From: Macrostomum hystrix
Taxonomy: Eukaryota; Animalia; Platyhelminthes
Assembly (NCBI GenBank): GCA_950097015.1
Contig: CATNEN010000010.1
Location: 124,001-188,000 of the forward strand
DNA: 64,000 nucleotides
Direction of reading: 5' to 3'
Below are positions 1 through 14,042 of the stretch, piece by piece (the stretch's first letter is position 1; each line of letters starts with the position of its first letter). The notes under the pieces were generated by a model. That model had not been told where the DNA came from. It did not search any database and was given only the letters and a program-made list of their open reading frames with translations. Made by a program: the position numbers and the translations under genes.

Positions 1-517
1 GACTCTCACAGTCTCAGCAGCTGTGCATCTGACTCTCACAGTCTCAACAGCTGTGGATCTGACTCTCACAGTCTCAACAGCTGTGCATCTGACTCTCACA
101 GTCTCAGCAGCTGTGCATCTGACTCTCACAGTGTCATTAGCTGTGTATCTGACTCTCACAGTGTCATTAGCTGTGGATCTGACTCTCACAGTGTCATCAG
201 CTGTGTATCTGACTCTCACAGTCTCATCAGCTGTGTATCTGACTCTCACAGTGTCATCAGCTGTGGATCTGACTCTCACAGTGTCATTAGCTGTGGATCT
301 GACTCTCACAGTGTCATCAGCTGTGGATCTGACTCTCACAGTGTCATTAGCTGTGGATCTGACTCTCACAGTGTCATTAGCTGTGTATCTGACTCTCACA
401 GTGTCATCAGCTGTGGATCTGACTCTCACAGTGTCATTAGCTGTGGATCTGACTCTCACAGTGTCATCAGCTGTGGATCTGACTCTCACAATGTCATCTG
501 CTGTGGATCTGACTCTC
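1..517. repeat. 30-bp minisatellite (GACTCTCACAGTGTCATCAGCTGTGGATCT), ~17 copies, in a BABAM2 intron; runs off the left edge
   Basis: Visible 30-bp periodicity; the 23..682 ORF is its translation. Confidence 0.95.
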
Positions 518-572
518 GCTGTCTCTTCAGAAGCCGTGAACTCTCACGCTCACTTCCTCCCTCCCGTTGCAG

Positions 573-2401
573 CCTTCTGCAGGACTATCAGATCAGCATC
601 AAGTTCCCTGATTTCGACGCCAGCTGTGGCAGCCTCGCCGCTTACTATGCTCGCCTGCTTGAAAACCTCCAGCAGAGGGTGAGTACAGTTTGAGTCTCGG
701 ACTCAAGCCTGGGTTTGATCCCATTAGTCTGCAAATTCCATCCCAAATACTGCGGTCTGGTAAAAATCCAAGCTTCACAAAATCGCTGGGATTCTTTCAC
801 AGATTGGCTTCAAACTGCTGATGTGACCATCGCTGACAGGCAGAGCAGTAGATTTAAGAGAAGGTTGTGTCTGCTTGCCTACTATTTTTATCTTGACTTA
901 TTCGATCGCTATCGGTTTTTCTTAGAATTAAGTTTTCTGCTAATTTCTCTTCGATAAGGTCCTGGGCCGGATTGGGTTCGAAAATTTATAATCCAGAGGT
1001 TTAAAAAATGTTTTTGTTTATATTCCTGCAGTTGCAAGGCATCAGTAACAGCTGCGGCAAGCGAGAGGAGCTGATCAACATGCTGCTGCTGCGGCATCAG
1101 AAGTATGTTGTATGCGTTTCTTGTTGCTTTACTCGTTGTTTTCTATACCCGTGTGACCTTCAAAGTCCATGAATTGCCTGCAACAAAAATGCCCTCATTC
1201 AGATTATTTGAACTTGAAGCGTACTATAATACTTAGATCATTGCTGGAGTTCATGGGTTCGAATATCATTCAGAGAAATCTATAGTTTATGTCCTAGACG
1301 ACCTGAGCAAGAGGCCCATTCCCCACTGGCCATGGCTTCATTTGATCCTGCTGTAAAAGTATTGACTGGAGTTGACTTAAGTGGTAATTCTTTATTAGAT
1401 TGGTGGCCACCAGTCCATGGACTAAACAACTGTACACAGCCTTTGGATGCACCGCACAAAATCTGCGGCCCGGCCACTGGCTGTACATCTGTGACCCATC
1501 GGACTAGCTAATTATCTCTATCTTGACCTTCTAATTGTGAGGATATCCCTGCTTGCACTCGACTCAAACAACCCACCTCAAACAACCGACCTCAAACAAC
1601 CGACTTCAAACATCAGACCTCAAACAACCGACCTCAAACAACAGACCACAAACAACCGACCTCAAACATCAGACCTCAAACAACCGACCTCAAATATCAG
1701 ACTTCAAACATCAGCCCTCAAACAACAGCCCTCAAACATCAGACCTCAAACAACCGACCTCAAACAACCGACCTCAAACATCAGACCTCAAACAACCGAC
1801 CCCAAATATCCGACTTCAAACATCAGACCTCAAACAACCGACTTCAAACATCAGACCTCAAACAACCGACTTCAAACATCAGACCTCAAACAACCGACTT
1901 CAAACATCAGACCTCAAACAACCGACTTCAAACATCAGACCTCAAACAACCGACTTCAAACATCAGACCTCAAACAACCGACCTCAAACATCAGACTTCA
2001 AACAACCGACCTTCAAACAACCGACCTTCAAACAACCGACTTCAAACATCAGACATCAAACAAATTACCTCAAACAACCGACACGCAGCGCCCTGGTCGA
2101 GTATGACTCCGAGAACTTCATGTGGGCCAGCTTCATCTTCGAGCTGCACGACTTCCACTTTTTGCTGATCGTGGAGCTGCCGCGCGAGTTCCCCCACCCC
2201 AACCAGCCGTGGCAGCTGACCTTGCGCTCGCTCTATCACCACCGCAAGACCGGCGTCAGGGCGCCCTTCGAGAAGCGCTTCGAGTCACCGCCCTATTCGC
2301 CGCGCTGGACGGTTGGCGAAATGGCCGACCGGCTTGAGGCCTACGTGCTCAGCGTTGTACCCTCGTTTCAGCGGGACAGCATTGGGCAGTCCTCAGCTTG
2401 A
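573..2401 (+). CDS. BABAM2: BRISC/BRCA1-A complex subunit BRE/BRCC45, last three coding exons (573 or 583..678, 1032..1102, 2089..2401); 5' part outside window
   Basis: GT-AG exons join in phase (0, then 2): ...GSLAAYYARLLENLQQR|LQGISNSCGKREELINMLLLRHQN|ALVEYDSENF...PPYSPRWTVGEMADRLEAYVLSVVPSFQ. Matches the recalled BRE C-terminus (VEYDAEGF...[20 protein letters not shown]). Confidence 0.88.
1240..1500 (+). mobile_element. Diverged tRNA-derived SINE remnant in a BABAM2 intron
   Basis: B-box-like GGGTTCGAAT; CCAGTCCATGGACTAAACAACTGTACACAGCCTT resembles the 3' part of the SINE at 60990 (CCAGTCCATGGACTGAACAGCCGTACGCAGCCTT). Confidence 0.5.
1563..2083. repeat. Minisatellite of alternating 14-bp subunits (CAAACAACCGACCT / CAAACATCAGACCT / CAAACAACCGACTT) ending a few bases before the acceptor at 2087-2088
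   Basis: Visible periodicity; explains ORF 1537..2106 and the N-terminal part of ORF 1553..2401. Confidence 0.95.
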
Positions 2402-3043
2402 CCTCCCAGCGAAATTCTTTCATTTGTTGTAAAATTCTTGCAAGCTTTTGTAATGCATCGACTAAGAGTATATTGTCAGTCTTATATGTTCCATTGTTGT
2501 CTACTATGAGTAGCCTGATGCTAAATTAGGCCCATACCGTTAATAAAATTCGGTCTAATTAATATTTTAATTGTGTGCAGCATAGCCATTGAACTCGTGC
2601 CCTGGAGCCGGTCTGTTTTTCACTCAAAGATTTATTTTGGTCAGAATACTGGATGTGTGTGGTTGCTGCTGTTAGGTTATTATGGTTCTGCTGCGAAGAA
2701 GTGCTGGTTATTCCTTATTTTAGGCATTGCTTTTCAGGAATATAGATAGATTCGCTGCTTCGTGATGTATTCGAGTATTAAAAGCTCAAAAGTTTAAATT
2801 TTTCATGTATTTTGCGAACAAAATTTGATGGGTAAAATTAAAGCCCCTGTGAGATAGATTAGCAGTCCATTATAATCCCTTCTTCCACAGTATAGATTAG
2901 CAGTATATTATGATCCGTTCTCCACAGGATAGATTAGCAGTCTAATCGTTTATTTATTTGAATTCATTTCCCCGTAGGAAATAATTTTTGCGTGTAGAAT
3001 CTTTCATTACTTTATTTGAACTTTTGCAGCGCCTTCAATAACC

Positions 3044-4242
3044 ATGGCAACCAGCGCTCCGAACGTGGACGCGGCGCTCAAGCGTTTTCTCCTTAGCAAC
3101 GAAGTGAAAGAGCTGGCTCCCACAGACGAGATCTTCCGCATCAACCCGGAGGAGCACCAAAAGCTCGTGCAGGGAGCTCCGTGGTCGCGTGATCACACGT
3201 ACTTCAAGTACGCGCGCATCAGTGCGACCGCACTCATCAAGATGCTGATGCATGCCAAGTCGGGCGCCAAGCACGAAGTGATGGGAATAATCCGGGGCCG
3301 CATCCTGCCCAACACCATGGTGGTCACCGACAGCTTCGCACTGCCGGTAGAAGGCACCGAGACTCGCGTTAACGCGCAGGCTCAGGCCAACGAGTACATG
3401 TGCACCTACCACGAGGACTCCAGGCGAGTCGGCCGGCTGGACAATGTGATCGGCTGGTACCACAGCCACCCCGGCTATGGCTGCTGGCTCAGCGGTATCG
3501 ACGTCACCACCCAGACCACGCATCAGCAGTACGAAGATCCCTACCTGGCCATCGTGGTGGACCACGTCAGGACCATCTCGGCTGGCCGGGTGGAGCTGGG
3601 CGCATTCCGCACCTACCCGCAGGGCTACAAGCCGGCCGATGAGCCGCCGTCCCAGTACCAGCCAATCCCGCTCAATAAGATCGAGGACTTCGGCGTGCAC
3701 TGTCGGCAGTACTACGCGCTCGAGGTGGGCACCGATCGCTTTTTATTGGGTTAGGGCTTTTAGATCTAGTTTAAAACAGTGCCTGCTCAGGTTTTACTAC
3801 TGATGGCAGTCATGTGCTCATGAGAAGTGTGCTCAACTTTGTAATTGGCCCTGAGACAGTCCAGTTCCCATAAGCTTGCGGGATCAGATTCGCATTGAAC
3901 ACAGCCGCTTATCTTCCCAAGGTCTCATACTTCCGCTCGAGCCTGGACTCGCACCTGCTCAACCGGCTGTGGAGTCGCTACTGGGTGAGCACCCTGAGCA
4001 GCAACACTCTGTTCTCCCAGTCTGACTACCTGCTGTCCCAGTCGCGCGACCTGGCAGACAAACTCGAGCAGGCAGAGGCCGGCATGGGCCGCCAGTCCGC
4101 TCTCTTGGACGCGCTGGACTCTGACGACCGGGTGGCGAAGCTGGCCAGGGACACTGGCCGGCTGGTCACCGAGGAGCTCAGCGCCCTGTCCGGCCTGCTC
4201 ATCAAGGATCTGCTGTTCAACAGGGTCGGCCCGAGGCCCTGA
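3044..4242 (+). CDS. COPS5: COP9 signalosome subunit 5 (JAMM deneddylase); exons 3044..3724, 3922..4242; 333 aa
   Basis: EVMG and [21 protein letters not shown] motifs; splicing restores YYALE|VSYFRSSLD; C-terminus IKDLLFN. Confidence 0.97.
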
Positions 4243-4371
4243 CGTTCTCGGGTGCATTTCGGCAGCCTTGAGACTGTTTGAAAATTCTGAGTCTTCTGAG
4301 AGAAAACTTTCACTCTTGTACTCTTATTTCAAGCTGGCTAACGACGCATGTCCTTAATCAAATACTGGTGA

Positions 4372-5036
4372 GGGGAAGAGAAGTAGTTTGAGGGAAGAGA
4401 AGTAGATTGAGGGAAGAGAAGTAGATTGAGGGAAGAGAAGTAGTTTGAGGGAAGAGAAGTAGATTGAGGAAAGAGAAGTAGATTGAGGGAAGAGAAGTAG
4501 ATTGACGGAAGAGAAGTAGATTGAGGGAAGAGAAGTAGATTGAGGGAAGAGAAGTAGATTGAGGGAAGAGAAGTAGATTGACGGAAGAGAAGTAGTTTGA
4601 GGGAAGAGAAGTAGATTGAGCGAAGAGAAGTAGATTGAGCGAAGAGAAGTAGATTGAGCGAAGAGAAGTAGATTGAGCGAAGAGAAGTAGATTGAGCGAA
4701 GAGAAGTAGATTGAGCGAAGAGAAGTAGATTGAGGGAAGAGAAGTAGTTTGAGGGAAGAGAAGTAGATTGAGGAAAGAGAAGTAGATTGAGGGAAGAGAA
4801 GTAGATTGACGGAAGAGAAGTAGATTGAGGGAAGAGAAGTAGATTGACGGAAGAGAAGTAGATTGAGGGAAGAGAAGTAGATTGACGGAAGAGAAGTAGT
4901 TTGAGGGAAGAGAAGTAGATTGAGCGAAGAGAAGTAGATTGAGCGAAGAGAAGTAGATTGAGCGAAGAGAAGTAGATTGAGCGAAGAGAAGTAGATTGAG
5001 CGAAGAGAAGTAGATTGAGCGAAGAGAAGTAGATTC
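4372..5036. repeat. 19-bp purine-rich minisatellite (GAGGGAAGAGAAGTAGATT), ~35 copies, downstream of COPS5
   Basis: Period 19 (AAGTAG recurs at 4381, 4400, 4419); ORF 4358..5059(-) is its translation. Confidence 0.95.
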
Positions 5037-5625
5037 CTACACCCCGTGTGCCCCACCACAGAGAGCCTCCAACACCATAAGAACAGCTCCCGCGGCAGGT
5101 AGAATCGTTAACAAGTCCTTTGTAAATTTGAATTTACTATTAACTGCCTACAGCAAAGTAAGACTTTGAATTACTTGAGGTTAAATAAATGTCAACTTGT
5201 CCATCAAACCCGTGCGTTCGAATGATTTATGTTTCTAAATTTAACATTGTGCACACTTAACTGTCCCTGTTGCTTTCCAGTTTATTTATTGTCTTTATCA
5301 GTACAGAACAATATAGCTCGTTACTACTACTGGCGCAACGGTTCAGTTAGTAGTATCTAAAATAGTCAGTGAATAGGACTGCAACGGGTATGGCTGCTTC
5401 TTATCTTATCTGAGTGCTTTATACCCTTTAGTTGAATGCGGGTGACTTATAGTGAACAGCTGGAGACAGATGTGCAGCCAAGTGTTAAAGACTTAATATA
5501 ATCGCATTTCTGTGCTTAGTAAGGGCGTCTAAACAGGTAACTGCTGAACTGCTGGCTGTTCCTGCTGAGTTTTAACATGGGTTTCGGCTCATGGGTTAAC
5601 ACGGGTTTTAGCTCCAGCCATTGCT

Positions 5626-7097
5626 AGGGTTCAGCGATGGCTGGAGCTAAGAGATCCTTGGGCTTTAGTGCTAGGATTCAGCGATGGCTGGAGCTAAGAG
5701 ATCCTTGGGCTTTAGTGCTAGGATTCAGCGATGGCTGGAGCTAAGAGATCCCTGGGCTTTAGTGCTAGGGTTCAGCGATGGCTGGAGCTAAGAGATCCCT
5801 GGGCTTTAGTGCTAGGGTTCAGCGATGGCTGGAGCTAAGAGATCCCTGGGCTTTAGTGCTAGGGTTCAGCGATGGCTGGAGCTAAGAGATCCCTGGGCTT
5901 TAGTGCTAGGGTTCAGCGATGGCTGGAGCTAAGAGATCCTTGGGCTTTAGTGCTAGGGTTCAGCGATGGCTGGAGCTAAGAGATCCTTGGGCTTTAGTGC
6001 TAGGATTCAGCGATGGCTGGAGCTAAGAGATCCCTGGGCTTTAGTGCTAGGATTCAGCGATGGCTGGAGCTAAGAGATCCCTGGGCTTTAGTGCTAGGGT
6101 TCAGCGATGGCTGGAGCTAAGAGATCCCTGGGCTTTAGTGCTAGGGTTCAGCAATGGCTGGAGCTAAGAGATCCCTGGGCTTTAGTGCTAGGATTCAGCG
6201 ATGGCTGGAGCTAAGAGATCCCTGGGCTTTAGTGCTAGGGTTCAGCGATGGCTGGAGCTAAGAGATCCCTGGGCTTTAGTGCTACGGTTCAGCGATGGCT
6301 GGAGCTAAGAGATCCCTGGGCTTTAGTGCTAGGGTTCAGCGATGGCTGGAGCTAAGAGATCCCTGGGCTTTAGTGCTAGGGTTCAGCGATGGCTGGAGCT
6401 AAGAGATCCCTGGGCTTTAGTGCTAGGATTCAGCGATGGCTGGAGCTAAGAGATCCCTGGGCTTTAGTGCTAGGGTTCAGCGATGGCTGGAGCTAAGAGA
6501 TCCCTGGGCTTTAGTGCTAGGGTTCAGCAATGGCTGGAGCTAAGAGATCCCTGGGCTTTAGTGCTAGGGTTCAGCGATGGCTGGAGCTAAGAGATCCCTG
6601 GGCTTTAGTGCTAGGGTTCAGCGATGGCTGGAGCTAAGAGATCCCTGGGCTTTAGTGCTAGGGTTCAGCGATGGCTGGAGCTAAGAGATCCCTGGGCTTT
6701 AGTGCTAGGGTTCAGCGATGGCTGGAGCTAAGAGATCCTTGGGCTTTAGTGCTAGGGTTCAGCGATGGCTGGAGCTAAGAGATCCTTGGGCTTTAGTGCT
6801 AGGATTCAGCGATGGCTGGAGCTAAGAGATCCCTGGGCTTTAGTGCTAGGATTCAGCGATGGCTGGAGCTAAGAGATCCCTGGGCTTTAGTGCTAGGGTT
6901 CAGCGATGGCTGGAGCTAAGAGATCCCTGGGCTTTAGTGCTAGGGTTCAGCGATGGCTGGAGCTAAGAGATCCTTGGGCTTTAGTGCTAGGGTTCAGCGA
7001 TGGCTGGAGCTAAGAGATCCTTGGGCTTTAGTGCTAGGGTTCAGCGATGGCTGGAGCTAAGAGATCCCTGGGCTTTAGTGCTAGGATTCAGCGATGG
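5626..7097. repeat. 47-bp tandem array (AGGGTTCAGCGATGGCTGGAGCTAAGAGATCCCTGGGCTTTAGTGCT), ~31 near-identical copies
   Basis: Units start at 5767 and 5814 (47 apart); no unique spacers; possibly inside a 5' UTR intron of ribokinase (donor AG|GTAACT at 5537, acceptor at 7209-7210). Confidence 0.95.
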
Positions 7098-7241
7098 GTT
7101 CAGCAGCAGAAGCCAAGAAGCTGGGGTTGAGCACTACTCAGTTCAGCTAGGTTTGGGACGGAGAAGTGGCATGGGAGCCGAGCTGAAACCAGCTGAGTCT
7201 CCGATTGCAGCTCGCGGTCAGTCCAGCTCCAGCCAGAAGGC

Positions 7242-9003
7242 ATGCAGTCCGGCAGCGCTAAAACCTTCGATGTGGCCGTGGTGGGCAGCATTGTCTATGA
7301 CCTCATCGCCTACGTCGACACCACCGTGCGGCCCGGCGAGACTCGCATCGGCTCCAGCTTTGGCATGGGCGCCGGCGGGAAGGGAGCCAATCAGTGCACA
7401 ATGGCCAGGTTCCTGGGAGCCAGCACCGCCATGGTGGGCAAGGTAGGCAAGGTGGATTGTCACTTGTTAGACAGGATGCTTCACCTCTTGGACAGAATGC
7501 TTCACCTCTTGGACAGAATGCTTCACCTCTTGGACAGGATGCTTCATCTGTTGGACAGGATGCTTCACCTGTTAAATAGGATGCTTCACCTGTTGAAGAG
7601 GATGCTTTACCTGTTAAACAGGTTGCTTCACCTGTTGCCCATGCTTGACCTGCTAGAAGCGTACTTTGCGTTAGAGACGGGGGTATTTAACAGGTTTCCG
7701 CCTGTGTGACTGGTTTTCGACCTGCTTGACAAGTGTTTTGCATGTGTGGCAAAATTAGACCGAAACTGTCTCAGCTTTAAATGTTTCATCGCCGCCCAGA
7801 TTGGCGATGACCTGTTCGGTCTGGAGTACATGAAGTTCTTCAGCCAGCACGGCATACAAACTGGTAAGCCTCCGCTGAGATTCGCTTGTCTTGCGCTCTA
7901 TATTTTTAGCACATTTGTGCAGCCGCCGTTGCGCGCATCGCCACGCCTCAATCCGCCAGAGCACCTGCTGGTGGAGCCGGGAGCCAACACCGGCGTGGCC
8001 TCTATCACCGTGACTGGAGGCGGCGAGAACACCATCATTGTGGTTCCTGGAGCGAACTTCCGAATCACGCCTGCTGACATCGACAGGGCGGCGGGGGTTT
8101 TGTCAGCGGCCAAGGTGGTGGTGTGCCAGCTGGAGGTGCCACTCGATGTCACCACCAGGGCGCTGCAGGTGGCCAGGTGGGACTTCAGCTACTCACTTCC
8201 CATTATTCCCCTTTCCTTTCACACCTCCGCTACTCATCCCACACCCCCGCTACTCATCCCACACCCTCCGCTACTTATCCCACACCCTCCGCTACTTATC
8301 ACACAACATCCCGCTACTTATCACACACCTTCCGCTACTCATTTCAAACCGTCTGTACTTCTCCATGCTTCTACTTATCCTATTTAGAATGGGCCGGATA
8401 CTCCCAATCTCCCTCACCGTCCAGGGATGCCGGCGCATTGACTATACTGAACCCGGCGCCGGCGCCAGTAACTCCGGCGCCGCCGGAGCTGCTGGCGCTG
8501 GCTGATGTGGTCTGTCCGAACCAGCAGGAGGCCACGGCCATCACCGGCCTGCCCTGCACCACCGATGAGGATGTCGCAGCTGTGCTTCGCTGCCTACGCG
8601 ACCGAGGCTGCCGCCTGCCGATGGTGACTTTAGGCGCCAACGGTGTTGCGTTCCTTGAAGGCGCTGAGATTGTGCGCCTTCCAGCACCCGTTGTTGAAGC
8701 CGTAGATACCACGGTGAGCTGCTTGGGCTGAAATGGTGAATACTAGTTGGTCAGCTGTTGTCAGCTGTTAGGGAAGACTGTGGCTGTTTTGTCAGCGTGT
8801 CAGAGTCCCTTCGCCACCGCATCTAGGGTGCCGGGGACGCATTCGTGGGCAGCCTTGCCTACTTCTGCGCCCGCCGGCCTGACCTGCCGTTCGCCGATCG
8901 GGTCGGTCGGGCCGTGCGCATCGCGGCCATCAGCGTCACCCGGCCGGGCACGCAGACGAGCTTTCCGCACCTGGAGGAGCTGCCGGAGGATTTGAGGAAC
9001 TAG
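7242..9003 (+). CDS. RBKS: Ribokinase (PfkB family); exons 7242..7442, 7800..7863, 7960..8176, 8425..8713, 8827..9003; 315 aa
   Basis: GGKGANQ, NPAP, PNQQEA and DTT|GAGDAF motifs; exon lengths sum to 948 nt in frame. Confidence 0.93.
7465..7640. repeat. 21-bp minisatellite (GGACAGAATGCTTCACCTCTT), ~8 copies, RBKS intron 1
   Basis: Visible; gives the LLDRMLH repeat in the ORF track. Confidence 0.9.
8220..8345. repeat. 21-bp minisatellite (CACACCCTCCGCTACTTATCC), ~6 copies, RBKS intron 3
   Basis: Visible; gives the PPLLIPH repeat in the ORF track. Confidence 0.85.
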
Positions 9004-10008
9004 GCTGAGCGAGTCGCAGACAATTATGCTGCCAATTATCGTTTGCGAATGTTGCATAGTTCCGCTCCCTCAAGAATCAAAGGATTTCTAATTGCTGACT
9101 TAGATGCTAAACTTGTTGTAAAATGATTATGCACTGATTCACTAGTGCATATGCACTAGCCGTCTGCTAGCAATACAATAGTAATAGCGATTCATTACCG
9201 TTCGGCCGGCGACAATAGCAATGCCTGCCGTGACTGATTCACATTTTCTTTTATGGCGGCCTTTTACTTTGAACTGCCGTTCTGATTCAATGAATAGTGT
9301 GTAGAAAATTAAATTAAACGCAGCTCACCCTTAAACGGAATGCGGCAATTCTTTACCAACCGAATGGATTGATTTTAAATAAAAACAGAAAACTAAGCGA
9401 TTTTTGCGCAACTCCTTACACATTTGAAGAGAACAGAGAGGGGGAATGTTTCCGGTTTGTATAGGATCATAGTTTATCACTATATTTAATAGCAGTTGCA
9501 GCTCACTTCATCACTTTGATCCTGTACCCGCGTATCTGTCGGCTCGTGCATTACAATAGTAACTAACAGAAAAAGTAAATATCAGAAAATGCAACTAGAA
9601 GGCACTAAAAACTCAAGTGTGACACTGCGGCAGAGACAGCAGCTAGCTGTGACATTGTTCAGAGAAAACAGAAAACGGACTGTCAAAAACAAAGCAAGAA
9701 CTATCTAAAACAAAATGAGAAATAAAAGAGCTAATAAAAATTTGACAAAGCCCGAAATAAAAATAAAAACACCGAACAGAAACCTGTTTAAAAACTATTT
9801 GTAAGCACACTGTGTCGTGGCGGGCCAACCAAAGAATCACAAACAGATTCAGAAAAAACATATCAACTTCAGGATTTTCGTTATGAAAATGGAGATTAGG
9901 TGAGAAACAGGGAACTGGTGCAAAAAGGACGTATCACACTACTGCTCATTTGTAACAGTAGTATTATATCGTAGCAGTGTTTCTCCGGCGCAAAAGCAGA
10001 ACGCAGGA

Positions 10009-12510
<2,502 letters not shown>

Positions 12511-13000
12511 CTTGGAAAATGGATTGATGTTAGTCGCTGTGAAATAAATAAACAATGAAGTAATCTTTTATATAAAAAAGTTTTTAATTGAAAAATTATT
12601 AGTAGAGGTTTGTTTTTTAGACTAGGCCTACTGACATTAACATCTCAAAAAGAAGGCAGGAAATATAACTTTTTATGATAATGGAATGTTCTAGGAAGAT
12701 TCCTGGAAACCTATTGTGGCATTTTAACGTTTGAAATAAAAAATCCTGTTTTTTAACAAAGTAGCGAGTTTTGAGAATTGAGCAAGCAGAAAGTCCTTAA
12801 GAATAGCATTTTTTTCACTTTTTGCATATATAATACAGAAAGGCGAATAGCAAGATTTGGACTTTTAAATGCTGGCCTGCAGCCAACCTAAACCTAACCT
12901 AAGTACTAGTCAGATGTCTTATTGTCTGAGTACAACTGTGTGTTTCCAAGAGCGTTCTAACTCAATCCAAGTCAAAGTCAATGCAATTGTCACACACTTG

Positions 13001-13077
13001 GTCGGTCTTTTCGCCGAATTTAACATTGCTTGTCGCCGAAGTCACCATTTTCCGTGTCGCCGAAATGCCTGGAATCC
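13001..13077. mobile_element. Probable solo terminal inverted repeat of a Mutator-like element
   Basis: Three TCGCCGAA motifs ending in CTGGAATCC, the same terminal sequence as the right end of the element at 19030-25221; no partner end found. Confidence 0.35.
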
Positions 13078-14042
13078 TACTTTAACTCACTTTACTTACA
13101 GTGAGAGGGCGCTGTATCCTAGACAGTACAATTTATGTATATATTTCTTATTGTAATTTTTTGTAACTAGAGGTAAGATAAACAAACAGAGATAGAACGA
13201 GGTGAGACTGACTTAAAGAATTGAAGGTACATAGACAAGAGTGCAGAGGAACGAGACTAGGCATTAAAATCGCGATTCGCTTGGTTCACATTTGTTACAC
13301 TCAAAGGCTTTGAATGTGCTAGAATTAATAGTGGCCGATTCGTACGCATAATCAAATAGCTTTGCGAACGTTTATTAGTAGGATAGACTATAGCTGCTGA
13401 AAAAATTCTTTATCAAGTGCTAGAAACTTTGCTTAGACGAGAATTCAATTTGCGAAAACAGCTGCAAAAGTAAACCAGACAAACCAAAAACCTGTTTGAC
13501 GTGTAGGAAACTGAGTCTAAATACTAATTGAATTTCCTAGTCACCAAAACAAAGAACTCTCGCAACTTGCGCTATCCCGTGAAGCACTATTAGTGAAGGT
13601 TTACCATACTAAATTAGTTTGAATTCTTGTAAAGAAAATGTTTAATTAATTGCAAATGTGACACATTGCATGAAAATTTGATTATTTAAACGTGCAATCA
13701 AGCATGCAGTCAGAATGTACTGCGCCGTCAGGGAAATGCCACGCGAGTTCATGAGATACGCTCGTAGAGAAGTGTATATTTTATTTGTTAAACTAAACAA
13801 CAATGGACACCAATATTTGGCAGACTAAAATTCATATTATACTATCCTCAGTGTATACAATGAGATAGATGCACAACAAAAACGATTTAATAACAATTTT
13901 AGCCAGATTGCATTTGCCAGCACTATGACCCACAGAAAGGCCTCGAGTGCGCAGTTAATTTAGACATTAGGACTTAGATTAAGCTAATAGACTGGTGCAG
14001 AGAGAAAACTGTAAATAATAAGACCATGCTACCCACAGTATC

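Noticed and set aside
23-2106. Long repetitive ORFs here and at 4358, 36590, 37995, 38011, 42470, 61977, 62888
   Set aside because: Translations of intronic or intergenic minisatellites lacking stops; real exons are defined by splice sites.
3035-3700. Antisense ORFs over COPS5, actin (34909, 35569), KANSL3, GPCR and ABCD
   Set aside because: Expected shadow of high-GC3 codon usage; no independent motifs.
5626-7097. 47-bp array (and other arrays) as CRISPR
   Set aside because: Units are contiguous with no unique spacers, no cas genes, eukaryotic context.
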